A DNA stretch of 64,000 nt from Sarea resinae (Eukaryota), in contig JAPEUD010000004.1 of assembly GCA_026026165.1 (NCBI GenBank), positions 496,001 to 560,000 on the forward strand, written 5' to 3'. Positions 27,201-38,889 of this stretch are shown here, one piece after another; within the stretch, counting starts at the first letter, position 1, and each line of letters opens with the position of its first letter. The notes under the pieces are model-generated. The model was not told the origin of the DNA, did no database searches, and was given only the letters and a program-made list of their open reading frames with translations. The translations under genes were made by a program, and so were the position numbers.

Positions 27201-30200
27201 TCTGAATGTACGGAGTACGTAGTGCGCAGTACTGGAGTACCTTCCAGTACGCAGCTATTCGATTTCCATCGATTTCGCCTTCGCTGGTTGGCTGTCCCCT
27301 TCCAGGTATGCGAGGATCCGCTTTGTTCGCCAATCGCACGCCACATCATCGATACCTCAAGGTACGGACACAGGTACATAGCCCGAGGCCTTCGTCCTGC
27401 GCACTACGTACTCTACTTCTACACACGATCGATGAGTCAAAATTCGTACATGCGTGCACTACGAGGAACGGTACTTGGACTTGCTACCTGCACGTACTCG
27501 GGTACTTTGTACGGATCACTTGGGATCTTCGGATCGAAACCTCAAACGACTGCCTGCTCGACCTACCTCGAGTAGCGCCTGCCTATCAAAGAAAGACATA
27601 CAGATCTTGCCAGCACATCATTGCGATAGGTAGATTTAAGCTTATAGACTCACCCAATATTCACCACTAGATGATCATGTGCGGAGAAGAATTATTTGCC
27701 CTCGCTTTTCTGTTGTCAAGTGTCGCGCTTACCCTAGCTGACCATAGCCCTAACTGACGAGAAAATTCTGCCAGTCACGCTGGGGTCTGTTACTCACGAG
27801 TCCCTCCGTGGCTGTCGGAGCCTGCCGAAGGGGCGTCCAACGTTCTACAGGAGGTCTAGGCGTGTACGAGTCTAAGAGGAAATGTTCCAGAGTTCGTCGT
27901 GGGAACCGGGGAGACGTGAGTCCAGCCGGCACTATCCTTGCTGGTACGGGCTCCGCCACATCCGATCCATCTCCGGATAACGTCTTGACTGGACGAGTGA
28001 CGAATACGCAGTAATACGGAGAACATTACGACCGCCTCGAGGCTCATTGAAATCAAGCTCGAGAGCAGGCACTGCAGGCAGCAGAGATCCATTCCATCGG
28101 AGCTTGGTCCCTGGTCATGATCATCCTTCGCATTAGGCTTCCAAATTCGTCATCAGGCCGGCAATTATCTGATACGCTTGCACGATAAGGCGATAGCTCT
28201 TACCACTGATGAGCCCTGGAAACACCTCGATGGGTCATCCGTGGTCGCTCGAGTGCCGAGGTTTCATTTGCCGTGACTCCGTTCTCTTTGTTTACCTAAC
28301 TTGCTGACCGACGAATCAAGCCTTCCCCTTCTGTTTCTCTCTAGATCCTTATATTACAAGCTACTCTTGAAAGTAACGCTCATCCAGCCACCGTTGACCT
28401 CGTTAGCCTTTTGGTGAGAAGAAATCTGCTCAGCTGCTTCATGCTGAAGGTGTGAAGCAGCCTTCGAGAATACCCCGTGACGTCGCTTTTTCGTAGATTC
28501 ATACAAGCTAAATCCGAGCATCAGCACGGCTGAGTCAACTGAGCTTTGACCCTAATAGATGATGTTCATAACGCTCTGGTTTCACTAATGAGAGAGAAAT
28601 CGGAGAATCTGTGATGCGACAGGATTCGCCCGGCGGAGCCACCTTTTCACCGCCTCCACAACACGCGTCCGCCAAGGTTATTTCCCCAGCTCGATTTCAA
28701 GAACTGGGGCTATCCGTGAATGCTGGACTCTCCACGATCCTTCTTACACTCTTGACTGCCTGACATGTCCAACATCTTCGAGCGTTGGTGCCAGCTGTCA
28801 CCACAGACATCTCTTCAGCCTGATTTATAGATATCATCTGCTGTCTCCTATTGCCTTGCTACATAGCCACTCTTCCCTTAAAATCAGTATTCCTTCATCA
28901 TCTGTAACATCCTCAGCCTACGGATGGACTGGAATCCAGAGGTCTTTACTTTCTATACGGCTGGCTACTAACAAAGCCTCGAGATTTTGATCTCCATGTA
29001 AAAATAAGGTGAAGCTTCTAAATCTCTCTAAATACTGAATTGATATATCTCTCTGCAACTGAAATCTCCAAGTGGTCACAAACTTACAAGGTCTATCTTC
29101 TGGCATTGAACGCCTGCTTTCTCTCTGGCGGGTAGGATATTGATTTGCTGCGATGATTGATTGCTCTCTCGATCAATGACACTGGAAACACTGTCTTAGG
29201 TAAACAAGGGCCTGGTGGAACTCGGTTAGGATTCCCGTGACAGTCCCATGCGAGCGACTGGAGCCTGGAAGGGTTCTTCTTGCCGGCCCAAGGCTTTCGC
29301 TGAGGTGCTCTGCTCCAATGGGAGATGTCTGCCTAGAGCCCTAGACTCCAGCGAGCTGTTCTCGGCCAACGGCAGAATGCTTCTCGGCCCGTCTTGGAGG
29401 TTAGGCATTCCCAGCGTGCTTGGACTGTCTCTGACGCGCCCAAATGCTCTCTCTCTCTCTCTCTCCCCCCTACCCCTCTTGAAGTAATTCGTAGGTCTCA
29501 GAGCTGGATGAGAGAAGAATTCTACCTTCGCATTATTATTTTGGTTCCTCGCAAGTCATTCGCGAGGCAAGGTCTTCCCCAGTAGAGCTACGCGCGAGAC
29601 TACATGAGTTGCAGAATATCTACTCGAGTATTCTCTTGGGGATGGAACTTTACTACTCGAGTACTCCCGGCCTGGGCTGGCCATCAGGTGATGTGGTTGC
29701 TTCTTCATCGACCGACCGATGGTTGTCCTGACACACGTCCACACGCTCGTTTGACCAGTGTGGGTTAGGCGCGTGCATCGTGCCTTTGGTCTTCAGTAAA
29801 TAGCCTATTTCGCGTCTGGCTAAGGTGAGGGAATTGTCGTCGTGAGCCGTGCGGATGGAGGTGTGACGGATGGGACCCAGGAGCAGAAGAAGACGACGTT
29901 CTTCGGAGATTGTGCGTGAGGATGATGGCCATGAGATCACAGCCAAAGGCCTTGAACGAGTCGAAGAGAGGCCGGGCCATCTTATGTGGTTGAGTCTCGA
30001 GATTGAGATTACGACCGAGATGAGAGTCCCGTAGATGCCGTCGTCATTGTCGGTGATCCTCTGCCGTCTGCCCAGTAGCATCTCTGGCGTGAGCCGCCGA
30101 CGTAGGATTGACAGCGAGCCAGTCGATCATCGACGACGCCACGGCTTCGGTCGGAGAGAGAGGAAGGTCAAGCCTCTCGGGACGGTGACGGGGCGCGCTG

Positions 30201-31380
30201 CGTGCCGCTGGCTGCATGGATATCAATACTTTACTTGATGTTTTCTTCCTACGTTCAATTCAATTCAATTCAATTCAGTTCATTTCAGTTCATTTCATTT
30301 CAATCGTGACAGGATGATTCCATCGTCACCAAGTGCCACGGCCCTACGATCTCTCCCAGGACCCCGCACCTTGGTGGTCGCCATCTGGAAAACCCCTCTC
30401 CTCCATGCTTTCTCTCCCTCCGGGGCTCCATGATCGGGTTAGAGCTGCAGTAAGGGATGCAAGGTGCAAGGTGCAAGGTGCAAGGTGCAAGGCAAAGGTA
30501 TCGTCACTATCGTGAAATAGCGTCTTCGGGCTCTATAAATCGCTCGTGGTTTGACAGATACAATGGAAGTCACTTGGTCTCTGCCGTAAATGATAACTCC
30601 ACCGTGTTTCGTGCATCAGCGCAGCAGCCAGCCTTGGGGCCCACTACTACCGATTCAGTAGCGGGCGACTCCACCACGCTGCCTCTCTGCCACTCTGCCA
30701 CTCTGCCACTCTACCACTCCCTCACCACTACTACTGTGCACATACCAACCAGCAGTGAAGCCATCAAATCACTATTGCAATCCCACCCCAACTACTGCGA
30801 ATTCGCCCCGTGTCGACTCCGACTCTCCGCTCCGCTGGAACCTTGAATTCGATCAAATCACCAGTTGATCCTTGCCCGCGTTTCTGCCCCCCCCCCCATT
30901 CCCCCCGCCCTAACTGCGCTGCGCTGCTCTGCCCTAAATCTCTTTCGTACATGCCCCAGGGTTGATCACGCTGCTATCAGGACATGTTCGACTAGTAGGA
31001 GCTCTTGGCCTACCGCAAAGTTGACCGGCAACGTCACTCCTCGGGGCCCTGGTGCCTCTGTTTTCCCTCACCGTCCTCCGCCCTTCGACTCTCCTTCAAA
31101 AGCCGCAATTGCCGCCAATCCTCCCCTCGCCGCCCCTTCGTATCGATCAGTCTTGACAGCGACATTGTATCCCAAGAACATCTCCAGCTTCCGCCTTTTG
31201 GCATTTGTGACCATCATCGTGGGCATTGTCTTGCAATTCAATCTGCTCCAATTTCCCTACGACTCGCAATTGAGACGTCATAGCCCCCGCAGTGACTGGG
31301 AATCTTCACTGCTACGCGCTCCCGTGTGCGAACAACCCAACCCATTCTCGACCGACCTTCCAGTCTCCACAGCCAGCAAG

Positions 31381-33219
31381 ATGTCGTTGCTTCGAGAAGC
31401 GAAGCGTGTGGCCGCAGAGTTCGACTACCCGGCGGAGGAGGTGCGAAAAAGTGTCCAGGAGTTTCTCGTGCAGATGGGTCAGTCTCGGAAAGATGCAGAG
31501 ATCTGTTTTCCACAGCGCTGACGTTGGAGAGATAGACGAGGGTCTACAAAAGCCTGGCCAGACGCTGAATCAAATTCCCACCTACGTGACAGCAGTGCCC
31601 AATGGGACCGAGAAGGTGAGGTCTATCGATCAAATGGCTTGAATGACGGCTCATAACGAATCCAGGGTGTCTATCTGGCTGTTGACCTCGGCGGCACGAA
31701 TTTCCGCGTCTGCTCCGTCCGACTACACGGAAACACGACGTTTTCGATGGCACAGACGAAAGTCGCCATCCCTCGCGAACTCATGGTTGCAGAGACGGCA
31801 GAAGAGCTCTTTGCATTTTTGGCGAAACAAATCGAGAAATTCATCCAAGTCCACCACAGTGACCACTTCGAGGCGCACGTCCGACGAAGGCAGACGATGA
31901 GCGAGCCCGAGGGCTACAAGGAGGAGCAGATATTCAGCCTGGGCTTCACGTTCAGTTTTCCCATCAACCAGATCGGTATCAACCGGGGAACCCTCATCCG
32001 ATGGACCAAGGGCTTCAACATCAAGGATGCCATCGGGAAGGACGTCTGCGCGCTGCTCCAAACGGAGATCGACAAGCTGCGTCTCCCCGTCAAAGTCGCG
32101 GCTCTCGTCAACGACACGGTGGGCACGCTCATGGCGCGCTCATACACATCGCCCGGCAAGACGGGCACTTTGCTCGGTGCCATCTTCGGCACGGGCACCA
32201 ACGGCGCCTACATGGAAAAGCTCGACCGAATCACCAAACTCGAGAGCATGGGCGGCGACGCATATGACAAGTCCACGGGCGAAATGATCGTCAACACCGA
32301 ATGGGGCTCCTTTGACAACCATCTCAAAGTCTTGCCGTCGACACCCTACGACGCCGACCTCGACCGCGAGAGCATCAACCCGGGGATCCAGATGTTCGAG
32401 AAACGGGTGTCGGGCATGTTCCTGGGCGAGATCCTCCGGCGCGCGATCCTGTCGCTCGTCAACAACCCGTCGATCGAGCTCTTCAAGGACGAGAACTCGT
32501 CGGAGAACGACATGCGCTCGACGACGTCCATCGCACCCGAATCGCCCCTCTACAGCATGTGGGGCCTCGACACGTCGTTGCTTTCGGTCATCCGTGGCGA
32601 CACGAGCGCGACGCTGAGCGTGACCCGCCAGGCGCTGGAGCGCGACCTGCTCATCAACGCGCCCAGCACCGAAGACGCCGTCGCGGTGAAAGAAATGACG
32701 GTCGCCATCGGGCGACGCGCAGCCCGTCTATCGGCGGTGCCCATTGGTGCCATCGTCCTGTCCTCGGGCCGACTCGGCACCTCTCCCTCGGACGCGAGCA
32801 CGACGACAACGACGACGACGCAACCGCCGTCGACCATGTCGTCGATCTCGTCCTCTCTCCAAGCGGGTGACGTGTCGGCGGCGGCATCGACGGCCGCAAC
32901 GGCCATCTCGTCATCTCTGCCATCGCTGACGCCGCCCCCGCCCGGCCACGCCGCCGGCACGGACGCGTCGTCGTCGGGCGTGTCCGAGGCCGACGTCGTC
33001 GACATCGGCGTCGACGGCTCCCTGGTCGAGTTCTACCCGGGCTTCGAGGACGACCTGCGCGAGGCGCTGCGCGAGGTGCCGGGCATTGGCGCCGCGGGCG
33101 AGCAGAGGATCCGGATCGGTATCGCCAAGGACGGCAGCGGCGTCGGCGCGGCGCTGATCGCGCTGGTGGCCAGGAAGGTGGAGCCGCCGGCTGTGTTCGA
33201 GGATGACGACGAGGAGTAG
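31381..33219 (+). CDS. GLK1: Glucokinase (hexokinase family, GlkA/Glk1 type); exons 31381-31477, 31536-31615, 31666-33219 (576 aa from the AUG)
   Basis: LAVDLGGTNFRV, LGFTFSFP, LIRWTKGF, VNDTVGT, IFGTGTNGAY, NTEWGSFD, FEKRVSGMFLGE, GVDGS and DGSGVGAA motifs; both introns in frame. Confidence 0.95.
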
Positions 33220-33379
33220 TGAGTCAGGAGGTGTTTAGGGGGAGTGCATTTTTTGTCTTGAGGTGTCTTTGTCTTATGTATACGAGCAAATGTCTACATT
33301 TCATGATCTCTATAACTTGTGCGTCCGTGTGAAACTCGCTGTGACCGAGCTACGAAACTAAATGGAGTCATAAGAAGGT

Positions 33380-34454
33380 AAGGTGTTTGAGATATATACG
33401 AGAAACGTCTATATCTTATGATCTCTCTCTAGAAGAATCTTCTTGCATGTCCCTGTTGACGTTCCTGTGACTTGAGATAGTGTTTTAGGATGAATACTAA
33501 AGATCTGTATATCTATCCCTGCCTATGCCTATGCCTATGCCTATATCTCTATCTATATCTATAACATCTTTCCTTGTGTGTCTGTGTGCCTCTGCGTCCT
33601 CTTTGCTGTGACCAGACTAGGCTATCTTGTAGAAAGAAGGAGAGAGAAGGCAAGGCGTTTAGAACAGAGACTAATCTCTCTCTATCTCTCTCTCTCTATC
33701 TCTCTCTTCTGTCTTTTCTTATATGTATCTAGTTAAACGTTCTTCTACTAGTAAGTAAGTACAGTCATTTATAGTAAAAGAAGTAAGAAGAAGAAGAAGG
33801 TAAGAAAGAAGGTGTTAAAAATAATAATAATATATCTCTAAGAAAAGAAAAACATAATAATAAGCCCTAGTAAATAGGTTGATAAGACTTATTCTTTTCT
33901 ATACACTATCTAAGAAAAAGATAGTACTATAAGTCTAGCTTATCTACCTCGGTAGGTTTTATATATATACCTCTTTAGTCTTTACCTTACTTTATATAGT
34001 GTAGCTATAGCGCTCCTTAGATTTTATATCTTTTTTAGAGATAGGTACCTAGGCAGGCTATAGCGTATATTAAGACTAACTAAGGCTAGGATAAAGATAT
34101 ATACCTACCTACCTAAGGTACTTTACCTCTGTATATTTAGAGTAGATTACTACTTTAAGGTTTTTATATCTGTATCTAGCTCTATTATCTAGCTTTATAT
34201 CTAGCTCTACTTATTTACTTACTTTTTACCTTTTCTCTTAACCTCTTTAGTACTTAACCTCTATAATATAGCACTATAGCACTAAACTACTCTAATTACT
34301 ATTACTACTACTACTACTACTACACTATAGCTACTTCTTCTCTAGAAAGGAACTTACCTCTAATTTCTTACACTTACTATAAGATAATATATTCTATCTA
34401 CCTAAGAGTCTTAGCTAGAACTAAAACTCCTAATTAGTTCTTCTTCTTCTTCTT

Positions 34455-34485
<31 letters not shown>

Positions 34486-34607
34486 GAATGAGCTTATTTA
34501 TAATTACATTTATAACTCTACTACTAACACTACTAAGGATAATAATAGTTCTAGTCAATATTTAGCTATAAACTTATACTCTCTCTCTTTTCTCTCTCTC
34601 TATCTAT

Positions 34608-34644
<37 letters not shown>

Positions 34645-35010
34645 AGACCTAAGTATCTACCTAGTGTATGATCTAGAAAGTTATATCAAACTAAGTAGAG
34701 CAAATATAAGGATTATTAGGTAAGCTAGAGAAGGTAGGTATAAAGTACAAACCTAGCTAGATAGGTAGATAGATAGATAAGCTAGGTAAGGCTAGAGTAA
34801 TTCTTTTTTCTTTCTCTTTAGAATAGCTTATAGCAGGTAGGTAGGAACAGGTTTTGCCTGTTTACGATATATACCTTATAAACATTGGATCGGAAAAGAA
34901 AGGAAGAGAAAGGAAAAGAAGAGTGAAAGAAGAGTAGTATCATAGTGTGTGTGTTAAGAGTGAAGAGAGACAAAGGAAGGTAGAAAGAAGAGGTAGAGGT
35001 CTAGAGAGAA
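33380..35010. repeat. Strongly AT/TpA-rich island 3 between convergent glucokinase and C2H2 genes
   Basis: 33720-34830 almost lacks CA and TG. Contains (TTC)n at ~34438-34483, (CT)n, (TAC)n and (GATA)n. No ORF is listed between 33220 and 35025. Confidence 0.92.
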
Positions 35011-35681
35011 TTCAACTTTTCAACCATGCTTACTTTTACGCATCTACAACTTATACACACACACACTCACAGTGAGAGAGAGACGCACACAGTCAAAATA
35101 GCCATGGTATTGTATCGTATCGAACTAACAACCAACCCAACCCAATCACCCAAGAAATCGAATGAAACCGCAAAGAGAAAACCCTCCAGCCAGCCGCTCG
35201 CTCGATCAATCCAAAAACCTCGCCCCGGCCTGGGTCCAGGGAGATCGATAGATGATCGACTCGATTGTCGAGAGGAAAGGCCAAAAAAAAAAAAAAAAAA
35301 CCAAAGAACAAACCCTCCATCCATCCGTTCATTGATTCGTCGCTCCGAGTCCTCCCATCTCGCACGCGCGCCGAATGTCGAAAATTACAGATACTAGCCC
35401 ATACCAGGCCAACCTAACCATCCAATCAGAGCCGCCCGTTTCCCGTTTTTTGTGCCCGTACGTGCTTGTGCCATCTCGCCGACTTCTTCCCTTACTGAGT
35501 GAAAGATGAAAAAGCAAGAGGAAACCAAAAGAAAATACAATCCAGATGATGATGAGTATGAAGATGTGATGAAAAAGTACCAAACAAAACGCCGTCATCC
35601 ATCAATCGACAATTCCCACCAGGTCGTGCAAGACCTTCAGATATACGTACATACGCTCGAAAGAAAAGAGGGGAAAAAAAT

Positions 35682-37067
35682 TCACATCTCGCCGTTGCGG
35701 GAATGCCCATTGAGGATAGGACTCGTGTCCGAGCGATCGCTAGCCGCGAGGTCGTGCCCGTCGGGTGGAGACAGTGATCGTTCTGACTTCTCCGACGATT
35801 GGGCTTTTCCACAGCCCTTGACGAGGATATGTCTCTGCAAAGTTCATCAGCACATGGCCAGATTTCCATCGAAAAAGATACACACCTTCAGAGCGTCTTT
35901 TCTAGAAAAGCTCTTGTCGCAATGGCCGCACGGGAAGGGCTTCACAGCCAGATGAATCCGTTTATGCCGCTTCAAGTCGTGGTTGCGATTGAAGCTTTGC
36001 GGGCATTGATCGCACTTGAACGGTCGATCCGTGATGGGCTGCTGGGGCTGGTGGTGACCACCATATAGTTGCGGCATGCCGGAATGTGCAGCGTTGTAGC
36101 TAGAGATCAAACTACCGTGCATGTTGCCCATCAGAGCCATTTGATTGCCCGGCTGGTGCAGATTCGACATCACGGGCGCCCCCATCGCCGGGAGAGAATA
36201 TCCTCCCAGAGGACGTGAGAAGTGTTGGAGGTGTTGGTGTGGTGAGGGTTGTAGCATGGGTGGCTGGCCGCTGCTGGGAGATATCCTGGATGACTGCGAC
36301 TGATGGCTCGGCGAATGGGCTGGGTAGGATGGATATGCCTGCTGCGAGGCCGAGGAGGAGCTGTAGTAAGACGAAGCCGTCTGAGGTCGCTGCATCTGGT
36401 ACGATTCTGACGTGGAAATGGGTGATGACTGTGTATTTCCCGACGAGGATGTGTGACCGCTCATCAATGCATTTGCCATGGCTTGCTGTCCGGGAAAGGC
36501 GGGGGCGCTCGAAGGGGCAGACATGGAGATTGAAGTAGGAAACGGCGGGAGGCTGAGGTCATACGGCGGAGGAGGGAGAGTATCCGCGGTTGTTGGGGAG
36601 TGGTTGTGATTTCGTAGGAGCGAAGGCGAATACATTCCTCTCTGAGATAGGAGAGGGTTGAGAGATCCAATGCTGTTGTATGTGGGTGCGGATGAGGCGC
36701 TAAGACCATATGCTGCCGTGCTTTGAGCCGGAGGTGCCCAGATGCCGCCAGGTGCATATGGTGGCACGCCTTGGGTTGAAGCGGAGCTTCCGCTATTGAT
36801 GCCAGAGGACATGGGGCTCAGACCCTCGCCGTTGATCTGCGAGGAACGTGTTAGATTGCTTCCGACACTGCTGCGACTAGTATTTACCGGCGAAACCTGG
36901 GTGGTGCTGACGCTCGCGAAAGAAGGGTATTTCCCCAGTGGAGGAGGCGGTAGTTCAAAGGAAGGGAGGTTTGATGCTGCCGATCGTCGAGCGGAGAAGC
37001 TGGACGGAGCACCAAATGGATCTGTCCCTGGACCCATCTGAGAAGGTTGGAGCAGTACAGTAGCCAC
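35682..37067 (-). CDS. C2H2 zinc-finger transcription factor (two C-terminal fingers); exons 37067 (GUG; first AUG 37037)-35886, 35834-35682
   Basis: DRPFKCDQCPQSFNRNHDLKRHKRIHLAVKPFPCGHCDKSFSRKDALK|RHILVKGC after removing intron 35885-35835. Ser/Pro-rich activation-like N-terminus. Confidence 0.92.
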
Positions 37068-38844
37068 GGTGGCGGTTGTCGTGAGGTCTGCGGGAAGGCT
37101 TGAGGAATGCCCCCAACGTCGAGAAACGTTGGAAGGATAGAGAGTGGAATGCGTAGAGGTTGCGATGCGTGTGAAATGCGCTATGGGCTCGAGGATATCA
37201 CGGTCAATATGACCGATCGGCGTCTATAGAGCGATCGGCCAGTAATGCACAGCGTCCAAGACAACACGGTGATGATGGCCTGATGAGATGAAAATCTGAA
37301 TTCATCATTCGAGTCAATATATTTCCGACGGGATGCACGGGGCGAGAAAGGGAAGGAGCGTACGGTTTTGGCAGAATATGTCGGATTCCGCAGTGCAGGT
37401 AACCGAGAGCGACGAGAGACAATATTTGTTCGGTCGCTCAGTACATTCGCAGTGCGAGCAGAGTCCTCTGATGCTTGATGAGGTTGACAGCAATGGGTCG
37501 ACGGCACGAACGGGTCGACGTGAGGGCGGGGGAAGGGATTCAAATGGTCGCTGTTGATGGATGCCCTCGTCGGGAAGTCAAGCGACGATCAGTACGCTTA
37601 CAGCACCCTCTCCAGGATCCGGCGTGAGCGATTCCTGGTCGGTTGAGCTCGTGGTTTCGTTAATCGAGTCGACTAGAGCCACACAGCAACAACGAGATTC
37701 GCGAGGTGGAGAATGGACAGTCGACGCTTCTGTCTCTCGCATGAATGTTGCCCGGTGCAGAAAAATGCAATGACGGTCCGTCGCAACGACGAAGAGGAGG
37801 ATGATGGTGGATGATGTGAAGGTTGAGTAGAGCGAGTAAGTCGAGTCGAGTCTCCCTGAAAACCGGGACGGCGCAGGGTGTCTGATCTGGCGCTTTTAGA
37901 GGCGGATGGCGGGCTCTCCAGGCTGCTGGCTTGGGTGCTTGCTGGGGGGGGGTGCTCTCGCTCTGCTTGGGCTTCACACTGCTCTGCTCGTCGGCTTACT
38001 TGGGATCAGAGGGGTCGGGTGGCTCCCCGTCGCGTATATGTATCCCCGACTAGTGCTGGAACTCGCGTGGTCGATTCGTCGCAGGGATTTCTCGCCATGC
38101 GACGGGGAAAGATCTGGATCCAGCCCGGGGGAGGGGGGCCCGTCGCCTGGGTTCAGTGAAAAGGCACTAGAGAAGTAGCCAAGTCGGGGTTTGGGGGTGG
38201 TAGGATGAAGGGTGGGAAGGGGCAAGGGATGGGAGGCGAGAGGGGGGAGGGGGGAGGGGCAAGGGGGACGGGCGAGGAGGGCCGAGAGGAGACCATGGAC
38301 TAGGACCCGACTAGGATCCGACTGGGGGGAGGGGGCATGTCGCTCGGAGGAGGGAGAGGAAGAGGAAAAGGCAAAGGAAGGAATGGGAGAAGACGGGATG
38401 GAGCGAGATGGGCCGATCGAGACGCCCCATGCTCGAATGCCTCCTCTCGCTCGACTCTTCTGTTTACCTATCGGGAGTAGTGGGAGCGTGAGGATTCGAT
38501 GCGCAGGCGGTCCGGACGTCAGTCGTCGTCGGAGGTAATAATGGTCCGGCAGACACCATCATCATCATGATCAGAGCAAGGTACTAGGGATGTGAGTAAG
38601 TGAGTGAGTGAGTGAGTGATGGATGTGATGTGTGTGTAAATTGGCTGCTCGTTTGTGTCTCTGCTCCTCTCATCTCTCTTTGGCCCGTCTTACGAGAGAT
38701 GATCGGACGAGCTTGGAGGTACGGGATGCCGATACCGTCAGTACCTCTCCAACCGCTTGGTGGCTCGGACGGATCGATGTAATATTACAATATTACACAG
38801 GGCAGGAAGCGCGCTCGGATCAGTTAGAGGTTAGAGAGGAGATT

Positions 38845-38889
38845 GGGGGGGGTGGTGGTGGTGGTGGTGGTGGTGGTGGTGGTGGTGGG
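38845..38889. repeat. (GGT)n microsatellite preceded by a G run
   Basis: Directly visible tandem repeat. Confidence 0.95.

Noticed and set aside
33380..35010. AT-rich islands as transposon or LTR remnants, telomere or centromere
   Set aside because: No terminal repeats, no residual RT/transposase motifs and no TTAGGG arrays; too short and too frequent for centromeres. A fully degraded element cannot be excluded without a search.
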